Below are positions 28,361 to 39,248 of a stretch of DNA of 64,000 nucleotides, in pieces (the first letter of the stretch is position 1; every line of letters starts with the position of its first letter). The translations under genes and the position numbers were made by a program. Source of the stretch: Candidatus Omnitrophota bacterium (GTDB taxonomy: Bacteria; Omnitrophota; Gorgyraeia; Gygaellales; Profunditerraquicolaceae); NCBI GenBank assembly GCA_016208765.1, contig JACQXK010000004.1, forward strand, positions 20,243 to 84,242. Reading direction: 5' to 3'. The notes below the pieces were generated by a model. That model ran no database searches, had not been told where the DNA came from, and saw only the letters and a list, made by a program, of their open reading frames with translations.

Positions 28361-28454
28361 AGCTTATCAACAATAAAAGCTTCTGTTCACGCACGAGATT
28401 TCTTGCCGTTGCCAGAAAAATCTCTAATTGTGAGCTCACAGAAACTTTTATTGC
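28361..28454 (+). repeat. Dispersed palindromic repeat family R1, copy 2
   Basis: CAATAAAAGCTTCTG...CAGAAACTTTTATTG outer stem enclosing GAGATTT-TTGCCGTTGCCAG-AAATCTC. Confidence 0.7.
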
Positions 28455-28482
28455 TTTATAAATATAATTTTGAAAATAAGAT

Positions 28483-29049
28483 TTAGCGGATGTCGCTTGC
28501 TACGTCAGATTCTAACTGGGTATTGCCAGAGTGATTATTTCTTAAAACAACTTTAACTGCCTCTTTCTTAGCGGTAGCGAAAGTGATTTTTTCCCAATCC
28601 GGGAATTGTTCCTGGATTGCCCCTGCTAAAGTTGGTGAATTGGTTTGGATCAGCTGTTTATTTGATATAAAGCTAAAATACTTTCCTTCTTTAAAGATAA
28701 AAATAGCATGAGACTGATTGACCCCCTGAAATTTTATTACCACGATATCCCCTTTAATCCCTTTACGCCCAAGAAGTTCCTTGCTCAAAATAGCAAAATC
28801 TTCGCAATCACCTTTCTTGAGGCGTAATGTTTCTTCAGCAGACTGCCAGCGGTCAGGCATTTCTGTTTCATATCTGAATTCCTTGTTAAACCAAAGGGAC
28901 AAATCCTGGGCAGATTTAAGCTGGTTAGCTACGCTTTGTATAGTTTGAGAAAAAGCAGGATTAATGAAAATAAGGCCATTAAGCAAAAAACCAAGGCTTA
29001 AGATTGCTATCTTTATTACTTTTGTTATTTTTAAAGCTTTATTGTTCAT
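28483..29049 (-). CDS. Secreted transglutaminase-like cysteine-peptidase-fold protein
   Basis: The start at 29049 (MNNKALK...) is preceded by GGAGGAG. It has a signal peptide. The GDCEDFA Cys motif and downstream SHAIFIF His fit the transglutaminase-like core. Confidence 0.45.
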   Translation of the reverse strand: MNNKALKITKVIKIAILSLGFLLNGLIFINPAFSQTIQSVANQLKSAQDLSLWFNKEFRYETEMPDRWQSAEETLRLKKGDCEDFAILSKELLGRKGIKGDIVVIKFQGVNQSHAIFIFKEGKYFSFISNKQLIQTNSPTLAGAIQEQFPDWEKITFATAKKEAVKVVLRNNHSGNTQLESDVASDIR

Positions 29050-29254
29050 CTCTCCTCCTCTCAATTTAAGTATAACACAATTTCTACATATTTCAAGTAA
29101 AATAGAGAGATATGTAGAAATAGATAACAACTTATGGTCCTGTATTGTAACATGCTGCTGAATAGGCAGTTACAACACATAATTCATTGAGCTCTCATGA
29201 TAATTCTTAAGTAATTCTTCATCATTTATGAATAATTCATGAAAAATGTAGAAA

Positions 29255-29300
29255 TTTCCTTGACAGGCTTCAGTTTTTTGGGTATATTATAAGTGGGAGG
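29255..29300 (+). promoter_or_regulatory. Sigma70-like promoter and palindromic operator candidate for the XRE regulator
   Basis: TTGACA-17 nt-TATATT, then GGGAGG 9 nt before the ATG at 29309. The upstream 6-1-6 palindrome ATGAAT-A-ATTCAT and four TAATTC repeats lie at 29170-29250. Confidence 0.5.
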
Positions 29301-29308
29301 CGAATATA

Positions 29309-29884
29309 ATGCAGTTAAATAACAGAATCAAACAAATACGCAAAGAAAGGCAACTCTCCCGTAGAGAGCTTTACCAGAGGCTTTTTAATGTTTTTGGAAA
29401 AGATACGATCAAACCCAATTCTATATGGCGCATTGAAAGCGGGCTGACAAATCCCCAAGCATCATCACTGCACCAGCTTTGTATCGGGCTTGATATCAGC
29501 TTAAGGGAACTTCTGCAAAACGTATTACAAGAATCAAAGCTGGTTGATATCGTAAAAAGTTCCAAGCGCCTTGATCAGTTTGCTTATAACGAACTTGCGC
29601 ACGCTGAAGTCCTTAGCTCTTCTAAGATGCCTTTTTTAGCGCAGGAATTGATTTTACTTCCAGGCGGGAAAACAAATCTTGAAGAAGACCCTATTGAAAT
29701 TGGGAAATTCCAGAAGTGGATCCACTGCCTGCGGGGGGAACTCAACTGCTATATCGGCACAGAAAAACACACACTAAAAAAAGGCGACTCTCTTTCTTTT
29801 GAAAGCAACCTTCCGCATTATTTTGAAAATAATTCCAGCCGTAAAACCCGCTGTATTATCGTACAAAACCCAAAACATATTTAA
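29309..29884 (+). CDS. XRE-family HTH transcriptional regulator with a C-terminal cupin domain
   Basis: N-terminal IKQIRKERQLSRRELYQRL HTH. The C-terminal domain has the shape of a cupin sensor domain. Confidence 0.7.
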   Translation: MQLNNRIKQIRKERQLSRRELYQRLFNVFGKDTIKPNSIWRIESGLTNPQASSLHQLCIGLDISLRELLQNVLQESKLVDIVKSSKRLDQFAYNELAHAEVLSSSKMPFLAQELILLPGGKTNLEEDPIEIGKFQKWIHCLRGELNCYIGTEKHTLKKGDSLSFESNLPHYFENNSSRKTRCIIVQNPKHI

Positions 29885-30315
29885 TTACTCTTGGGGAAGA
29901 ATTTGTTCATGCTTTTTAAGGCTACGGATATTCTCTCAAAGATTACACTGATAGTTGATGGTTTAATAATATAATCAGCCGCTCCTTCCTTGATCGCCTC
30001 GCTGGCAACCTGCCGGCTGTCCCATGCGCTGACTATGATAGCCTGGGTTTTTGAAGAAACATCCTTTGCCTGCCTCAATACATCTACCCCGGAAATCCCC
30101 GGCATTTTAATATCCAGGATCATCAAATCAATATTTCCTGTCTTTAAAATCTCAAGCGCCTTTCTGCCGTCGGGGGCGTCAAATATTTCACACTCCATAT
30201 GCCGGTTGAGATATCTTCCCAGGGTCTCCCTTGCCTCTGATTCATCATCCACTATAAGTATTCTTGGTTTTTCCATAATTGTCTTTCCTTTCAACAATAT
30301 TGAAATTTCTTGCAC
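29881..30315 (-). CDS. Stand-alone response-regulator receiver (CheY-like)
   Basis: RILIVDDESEARE...DLMILDIKMPGISG. A paralogue of the receiver at 18450-18839. Confidence 0.8.
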   Translation of the reverse strand: MQEISILLKGKTIMEKPRILIVDDESEARETLGRYLNRHMECEIFDAPDGRKALEILKTGNIDLMILDIKMPGISGVDVLRQAKDVSSKTQAIIVSAWDSRQVASEAIKEGAADYIIKPSTISVIFERISVALKSMNKFFPKSN

Positions 30316-30378
30316 AAATATCTTTTTATTATTATACTTAAATATGAATTACCTTGCAACCAAAAACGGAGGTTGAAA

Positions 30379-30771
30379 ATGAAAGCGAAATTAACAATGT
30401 TATTTTTATTTGCGTTATCTGTCCTGATATGCGTATCAGCCCATGCAGAAAACAACCCAAAAACAGAACCGGAGCTTTATACTCGTATAGAAATTAACGC
30501 AGGCGAAGATGTGATAATCACGCTTGATGCAAATCCTACTACAGGATATACTTGGGAGATAGCCAAACCCCTGGATAAAATTATCCTTGGAAAAATCAGC
30601 TCAAGCTATGTTCCGGAAGAAACCGGCCGAGTCGGCTCAGGAGGAAAAGAAATCTGGGTGATTAAAACATTAAAACCCGGTAAAACCAAAGCAATATTCC
30701 ACTATCTCCGCTCTTGGGAGAAAAACGTTCCACCGGTAAAAACAGAAACATTTCTGATCATTGTTAAATAA
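30379..30771 (+). CDS. Chagasin-family (I42) cysteine-peptidase inhibitor, secreted
   Basis: Signal peptide, then the NPTTGYTW, VGSGGKEIW and RSW motifs, the three conserved chagasin loops. GGAGG lies 7 nt upstream of the ATG at 30379. Confidence 0.7.
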   Translation: MKAKLTMLFLFALSVLICVSAHAENNPKTEPELYTRIEINAGEDVIITLDANPTTGYTWEIAKPLDKIILGKISSSYVPEETGRVGSGGKEIWVIKTLKPGKTKAIFHYLRSWEKNVPPVKTETFLIIVK

Positions 30772-32433
30772 CTATTTATCGTAGGAAGAATAATAATACG
30801 GCGTGAAGGCCTGAAATTCAGCAGCACAGGTATCCACGAGCTTAAAGGCAGGCTCAATATTATATTTCTTTCGCAGGCTGAAAATCTCTTCTTCTTTCTT
30901 TCCCAAAATTTTTGCCAACTGACGGTCAGAGAACCCAAACTCCTTGGCTTTTTTCAATATCGTTTCGTTTAAGTTATCCTTACTCAGGCAGATCTCTTTT
31001 TCACATTCAATAATTTCTTTAATGTTATGCAAAAACCAGCGGTCAATTTTAGTTAACTCATGTATTTTCTCAATATCCATTCCTGCTCGGAAAGCATCTC
31101 CCACATAAAAAATCCTTTCGGCATTAGGAACCCTTAATTTCTGCAAGATTTCTTCCATCGTTCCATTTTGGATTTCAATATCAAGAAGCGAGTTAAAAAG
31201 CATGCTTTCCAAGCCAAACTTTTTAATCTCAAGAGAGCGCAGCCCTTTTTGCAGAGCCTCCTTAAAGGTCCTGCCGATAGACATTGCCTCTCCCACTGAC
31301 TTCATGGAAACAGTAAGGGTTGAATCTGCGGAAGCGAATTTCTCAAAAGTAAACCGGGGAATCTTAACCACGCAATAATCTATTGCCGGCTCAAAACAGG
31401 CAGGCGTTTCTTTGGTAATATCGTTAGGAATTTCATCAAGTGTGAAACCAACAGCAAGCTTTGCGGCAATTTTTGCAATTGGAAAACCTGTGGCCTTGCT
31501 CGCTAAAGCAGAGCTGCGTGAAACTCGCGGGTTCATTTCAATAATTACCATCCTGCCATTTTCAGGGTTAAGCGCAAATTGTATGTTTGAACCTCCGGTT
31601 TCAACGCCGATTTCCCTGATACAGGCAATTGCCGCGTCGCGCATCTTCTGATATTCCCTGTCAGTTAACGTCTGAACAGGCGCCACAGTAATGCTGTCTC
31701 CGGTGTGAACTCCCATTGGATCAAAATTCTCAATAGAACAGATAATTACCACATTATCCTTTAAATCACGCATGACCTCTAATTCAAATTCTTTCCATCC
31801 GACAACAGATTCCTCAATAAGAATTTCGCTGATCATGCTCGCCTCAAGCCCGCGTTTGGCCAAACCCCTGAATTCTTCCAAATTATAAGCAACACTTCCT
31901 CCTGTTCCCCCCAAAGTAAAGCTGGGACGGATTATTACAGGAAAACCGATTCGTTTTGCTACTTCAATTGCATCTTCAAGATTATATGCTTTGTCGCTTT
32001 TAGGAAGATCCAGCCCGATTTTCTCCATTGCCTGCTTAAAGAGCCTTCTATCTTCCCCCTTTTTAATTGCTTTAATATTTGCTCCGATAGTTTCCACTTT
32101 ATATTTTTTTAACACACCCGCTTTATCCAAATTCACTGCCGCATTCAAGGCAGTCTGCCCGCCTAACGTCGGAAGCAGGGCATCCGGACGCTCTTTGGCA
32201 ATTATCTTTGTGATTGCATCAACAGTAATCGGCTCAATATAAGTTTTGTCCGCCAATTCAGGATCAGTCATAATTGTAGCAGGATTTGAATTTACCAAGA
32301 CCACTTCAAAACCTTCCTGTTTTAAAACCTTGCAGGCCTGAGTGCCGGAATAATCAAACTCGCATGCTTGCCCGATGACAATCGGGCCTGAGCCGATAAT
32401 TAGGATTTTTTTGATATCTGTTCTTTTAGGCAT
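30772..32433 (-). CDS. carB: Carbamoyl-phosphate synthase large subunit, N-terminal half only (carboxyphosphate domain plus oligomerisation domain)
   Basis: [35 protein letters not shown]... The 553-aa protein ends at ...[21 protein letters not shown], exactly where the second ATP-grasp half begins in full-length CarB. Confidence 0.85.
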   Translation of the reverse strand: MPKRTDIKKILIIGSGPIVIGQACEFDYSGTQACKVLKQEGFEVVLVNSNPATIMTDPELADKTYIEPITVDAITKIIAKERPDALLPTLGGQTALNAAVNLDKAGVLKKYKVETIGANIKAIKKGEDRRLFKQAMEKIGLDLPKSDKAYNLEDAIEVAKRIGFPVIIRPSFTLGGTGGSVAYNLEEFRGLAKRGLEASMISEILIEESVVGWKEFELEVMRDLKDNVVIICSIENFDPMGVHTGDSITVAPVQTLTDREYQKMRDAAIACIREIGVETGGSNIQFALNPENGRMVIIEMNPRVSRSSALASKATGFPIAKIAAKLAVGFTLDEIPNDITKETPACFEPAIDYCVVKIPRFTFEKFASADSTLTVSMKSVGEAMSIGRTFKEALQKGLRSLEIKKFGLESMLFNSLLDIEIQNGTMEEILQKLRVPNAERIFYVGDAFRAGMDIEKIHELTKIDRWFLHNIKEIIECEKEICLSKDNLNETILKKAKEFGFSDRQLAKILGKKEEEIFSLRKKYNIEPAFKLVDTCAAEFQAFTPYYYSSYDK

Positions 32434-32445
32434 AGGAATAACATT

Positions 32446-35182
<2,737 letters not shown>

Positions 35183-35252
35183 TTGTTTAATGAAATTGCT
35201 CTCCAGTGACCACTTAAAATTATAACATACAAAAAGCATAAGTCAACCACTT

Positions 35253-36581
35253 TTACCCCAAGGCCGTGTATTGCTTGCCGTCGCCTAAAGGATTAAGCCA
35301 GCGCTTGATCTTAAGAGCAGATTTGGTTTCTTTTAAATCTATTTTTTCTTTCTTGTCCTGAGGAAAAACAACTTCAACCTTGGGAGAAAAAATATCATCT
35401 TCATTCTCTTCTCTTACTATCGCTATCCGCGAATCAGAAAGCTCAAGCAATGTGCCCACCGGCCAGACACCTATTATCCTGAAAAATTTGTCCAAAAGCT
35501 CCGGGTGAAAAAACGCCCCTTTTTCTTTCATCATAATTTCATAGATCATGTCCGGAGGATAATCATTTTTATAAGACCTTCTTTGAGAAAGGGCGTCATA
35601 AACATCACAGATACAAACGATCATAGAAGCAACATGCAATCGGTGGCTAAAAGCTAACTTTGGATACCCTGATAAATCATACCTTAAGTGATGTTCAAAA
35701 CATACCACCGCCGGCAGAATTCCAAGCGTACCTGCATACCTCAACATAATCTCTGTGCCGGCAAGGACATGGCTCCTGACATTTTGCCATTCCTCTTCGT
35801 TTAATACACCCGGTTTTCTGATAATTTTACGGGAAATGTAAATCTTTCCAATATCATGAAAAAGAGCAGCCGTGCCGATATCTATTGAATCTGCTTTTGA
35901 AAAACCAAATTTTACAGAAAAATACATTGAAAGCACTGCTGTATTTAACATGTGGGTAAAACTGCTTGTATCGTACCTTTTTACTGTGGCAAGATTTAAA
36001 AGTTCCTGGTATCGGCCAACAAGCCCTTCCATCACATCATTAATAGTATGACGCAGTAAAAGCGTATTAACCTCTTTTTGCTCAAGTATAGCCTCCAAGG
36101 GGCCGGACAATTTATCTAAAGTACCCCTGTAGTCGGCAAGGTTTAACCCCTTATCAACATCAGCGCCGGCCGCGGCTTTAATCTTTCCAACAATAATATT
36201 TTCCACACCTGAATTTTCCAGTAGCTCCTGCATCTGTGCCTTATTTTCGCCTTTAGGCATAAGCAAGCAATTGATAAATTTAACCAGCTCATCAGCTGCT
36301 ACCTGCCTGCGGATCTCTATTCTTTCAACACCCTGCTGGGCTAAAAATAAAATCATCTGTTTAAGAACCTTGCTCAATTCAAAAAATATTTCTTTCTGAA
36401 AGATCAATTCTTCGCCGACAATTCCCATAACAAGAGGATCATGTAACTTTAAGGCCTCCTGCAAACTGGCATAAGCCTTCTCAAGCGCCTTTTTAAACTG
36501 CGGGTGCCACTCCGAATAAAGCCGCGCTGTCTGCAAAACAGAAAACAAATCTTTAAATGAATTTTCAACTATTTCGTTCAT
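35253..36581 (-). CDS. HD-GYP domain protein (c-di-GMP phosphodiesterase class) with an N-terminal uncharacterised domain
   Basis: HD motif ALFHDIGK and HHLRYDLSGYP. Confidence 0.8.
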   Translation of the reverse strand: MNEIVENSFKDLFSVLQTARLYSEWHPQFKKALEKAYASLQEALKLHDPLVMGIVGEELIFQKEIFFELSKVLKQMILFLAQQGVERIEIRRQVAADELVKFINCLLMPKGENKAQMQELLENSGVENIIVGKIKAAAGADVDKGLNLADYRGTLDKLSGPLEAILEQKEVNTLLLRHTINDVMEGLVGRYQELLNLATVKRYDTSSFTHMLNTAVLSMYFSVKFGFSKADSIDIGTAALFHDIGKIYISRKIIRKPGVLNEEEWQNVRSHVLAGTEIMLRYAGTLGILPAVVCFEHHLRYDLSGYPKLAFSHRLHVASMIVCICDVYDALSQRRSYKNDYPPDMIYEIMMKEKGAFFHPELLDKFFRIIGVWPVGTLLELSDSRIAIVREENEDDIFSPKVEVVFPQDKKEKIDLKETKSALKIKRWLNPLGDGKQYTALG

Positions 36582-38499
36582 GTAAATTTTTTAAGGCCTC
36601 TTTTGCCTTCTTTCTTAATCCGCTATTCCAAAAAAACGGCCTCTTTGAAAGAATCTCTAAATATTTCTCCAGCCCGGCAAAATTCAATTTCTCTGCTATT
36701 GCCATATTTTCAAGAATAAGTTCATTCTTGGTGCCAAAGGGGCTGTTAATCAAAAGAATTTTATCTAACACAGTTTCTCTCTGGGAATCATTTCCGGATA
36801 AAACTGCTAACGCCTCTTTACGCAACGAAGCATTTTCAAGCTTTAACACCGAAAACAAAAAATCTCTATTTAAGGAAGAAACATCCTTGAGCGATTGCAG
36901 GACTTCTCTTTTTATTACATTATTGGGAAATGAAAAAATAAACCTCTTGATTTCAAAGGAAACGGAGGAATCAACATATTCAAGGCTGCTTAGGAACTTA
37001 TGCAAAAAGTCAAGATCAGTTTGCTTGCGGCCAAGCTGCTGAAAAACCAAGGATAAACTACCGGGAAACAATCCTAAAAGCAACTTTACCGAAAAATGGT
37101 TAACTTTCCCTTCTAAAAATATCTGATTTAAATAATATTCAATGTTAAAAGAGCTCTTCTCTATGCCTTTAACCAAGTATGCAAGATTTTCCGGCAAGGC
37201 CTCATCAAAAACCGCCTTCTCCGTAAAACTCGCAATTTTCCCGGCGATATCTTCAAAAGGTTTATTTAATCCGTTTTCCCGATTCTTTTTTTTGTGAACA
37301 AGCTTCAAGATAAGCCTCAAATGATCAAAGTTCTTTTCTGCGATCAGGCGGTCGCATTCCTCTGAAAGGTATTTTAAAGCCTGCGCCAATTTATCGTCGT
37401 TATCTTCCATACTAACGGTATTTAAAAGCACAAAAAAGAAATTTTCCTGCAAGGCCTTGCGGTCAAAAACAAAATCAGTGTCCTGCGCCTGTTGCCGGGA
37501 TAAAGATGAAAAAACATGCCGGTAGAATTCAGGCAAAAACACAGTTTCAGGATTATCAAAAAGCTCCCGGATTTTCTTTCTTATTTTCGGATTATCCTGC
37601 AGAATCTTTGCGCTTTTTGCTTTTTCTTCCAGGCTCATCGCAATGCCATTGTGCATTTTGACATCAACAAGCTGATAAAATACCTTGAAACTTAAAGAAT
37701 CAAATTTATCATTATTGACAATTTCTTCCCAAAGAAACCCGGAGAAATCTTCTTTACCTAAATACCCCAGGAGCTCTTTAAACTTGCCTAATTTATTTTC
37801 TTCAGAAATATCTTTATCACGGAGTATCAGCCTAAAAAGATCCTTGGTGCATTCAAGAAATTTGTCCTTGTCTTTATCTTTTAAATAAGAAAGAAAGTTG
37901 TAAACACTCTGCCTTAATTCTTCATCTTTATATAGATCCGAGATTTTAAAACGGGTGATAATAGCATTGAAGTTACCGGCAATTTCATCTATCTTGCTCC
38001 GGCTTTCTTGCTTAACCGCACTTCCAAATAAATAAGCCCAGATGTCTTTGGCTTGCTCTCCGGAGTCTTTTAAAAGCTCAGAATAATCTAATTCTTCAAT
38101 AACGATTGAACTGCCTGCAGGATTTTCTGACGGCAAACCGAGGCGCCCCTGTTTTAATGCTTCTTTTATGGGAAGAGATATTTTATTCAGAAAATCTATC
38201 AGCTGGTCTTGTGTCAGGCCGCGCCTAAACTCTACACTTTTAATCTTATGCAAATGCATTAATTGCGCCAGTTCCACATATAGAGGTGAATTTTGATAAG
38301 ATTTTACACCGATAAGAATAGACTTGGGCGTAATATTAATTTTTAAAACAGGAATTAACTGCAGCAGGTTATCTAATTGTAATTTAAAGGCTGCGGCGGA
38401 TTTAATAAAATAAGGATGGGTCTTGGGATAGGCCGAGGCGTTATTAATGACAATACGCAGGCCCTTAAAGAAATCTATCAGGGCTTGGTCTTTATCCAT
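36565..38499 (-). CDS. Large alpha-helical hypothetical protein whose N-terminus resembles the N-domain of the adjacent HD-GYP protein
   Basis: 644 aa with no known catalytic motifs. N-terminal ...AYPKTHPYFIK... compares with the HD-GYP N-terminal ...LYSEWHPQFKK... Overlaps the downstream gene by 17 bp. Confidence 0.45.
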   Translation of the reverse strand: MDKDQALIDFFKGLRIVINNASAYPKTHPYFIKSAAAFKLQLDNLLQLIPVLKINITPKSILIGVKSYQNSPLYVELAQLMHLHKIKSVEFRRGLTQDQLIDFLNKISLPIKEALKQGRLGLPSENPAGSSIVIEELDYSELLKDSGEQAKDIWAYLFGSAVKQESRSKIDEIAGNFNAIITRFKISDLYKDEELRQSVYNFLSYLKDKDKDKFLECTKDLFRLILRDKDISEENKLGKFKELLGYLGKEDFSGFLWEEIVNNDKFDSLSFKVFYQLVDVKMHNGIAMSLEEKAKSAKILQDNPKIRKKIRELFDNPETVFLPEFYRHVFSSLSRQQAQDTDFVFDRKALQENFFFVLLNTVSMEDNDDKLAQALKYLSEECDRLIAEKNFDHLRLILKLVHKKKNRENGLNKPFEDIAGKIASFTEKAVFDEALPENLAYLVKGIEKSSFNIEYYLNQIFLEGKVNHFSVKLLLGLFPGSLSLVFQQLGRKQTDLDFLHKFLSSLEYVDSSVSFEIKRFIFSFPNNVIKREVLQSLKDVSSLNRDFLFSVLKLENASLRKEALAVLSGNDSQRETVLDKILLINSPFGTKNELILENMAIAEKLNFAGLEKYLEILSKRPFFWNSGLRKKAKEALKNLHERNS

Positions 38500-38525
38500 A
38501 GGCTACTGGCACGCCTGCAAGAAAA

Positions 38526-38762
38526 TCATTTCATTTCGTTATTCTTAACAATCTGGATATTTATGCTCTTATTCTTCAGAAACTCAAATACCTTCTTCAG
38601 CTCTTCATCGCTGCCTTCAATGCCTAAGATCGCCCATCCGGAATAAGTGGAAAATGAAGCCTCAAGTATATTCAGGTTAATTTCAAATTGTTTACAAAGG
38701 CTGCAAATTACGGAATCATCTTTGAGTTGCCCGGGGAAAGTCAAACCAATAACCATTTGCAT
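38526..38762 (-). CDS. Stand-alone NIL-domain (MetN C-terminal-like) small protein
   Basis: MQMVIGLTFPGQLKDDSVICSLCKQFEINLNILEAS...GWAILGIEGSDEELKKVFEFLKNKSINIQIV fits the NIL-domain pattern. AAGGAG lies 9 nt upstream of the ATG at 38762. The longer track ORF reads through a structured element. Confidence 0.5.
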   Translation of the reverse strand: MQMVIGLTFPGQLKDDSVICSLCKQFEINLNILEASFSTYSGWAILGIEGSDEELKKVFEFLKNKSINIQIVKNNEMK

Positions 38763-38883
38763 ATTTTTATTCTCCTTTAAAAAATATTTTAGCGGATAAA
38801 CCAGCGCAGTCAAGCTATTTAACAAGAAATAATTTTTATTAATCCTGCTCGGTTTATGTTTCTTGGAACACTTTGAGTATTCG

Positions 38884-39040
38884 GGTGACAAGGCATATTT
38901 CTCGCAGCACCGCTTGATTTCTCCCTGCGTGGAAAATCTTCGCTCGGGCGAAAGCTCTTGCTCTCGCCAACTATGCAATAGCGGGCGAACCATGCCCGCA
39001 AGAGCTTTCTAACGTGCTGCTTAAAACATGCCTTGTCACC
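38884..39040 (-). repeat. Structured GC-rich element family R3, copy a (candidate ncRNA or MITE)
   Basis: Its reverse complement shares GCAGCACGTTAGAAAGCTCTTGCGGGCATGGTT, AGAGCAAGAGCTTTCGCCCGAGCG and GGTGCTGCGAGAA with 60462-60616. Nested stems GGTGACAAGGCAT/ATGCCTTGTCACC, GCAGCAC/GTGCTGC and GAAAGCTCTTGC/GCAAGAGCTTTC. Confidence 0.7.
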
Positions 39041-39052
39041 AAATTATCTAAA

Positions 39053-39136
39053 GCAACAAAAGTTTCTGTGAGCACACAATCAGAGATTTCTTGGCAACGG
39101 CAAAAAATCTCGCGTGCGAACAGAAACTTTTATTGC
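39053..39136 (-). repeat. Dispersed palindromic repeat family R1, copy 3 (interior inverted relative to copy 2)
   Basis: GCAACAAAAGTTTCTG...CAGAAACTTTTATTGC enclosing GAGATTTCTTGGCAACGGCAAAAAATCTC. The interior is the reverse complement of the copy-2 interior. Confidence 0.7.
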
Positions 39137-39248
39137 TGGATTGTTTTGTGCTGTCAGCAAAAATAGAGAAATATAAATTACCAAATTAAAAACCCAAGCT
39201 GCAAAAACAACTTGGGTTTTTAAGGTTGCATATATTAAACTAACGCGT

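Noticed and set aside
38763-38993. N-terminal 77 aa of track ORF 38526-38993
   Set aside because: This stretch reads through the GC-rich R3 structured element. The real start is the ATG at 38762, preceded by AAGGAG, after which the NIL-domain similarity begins.
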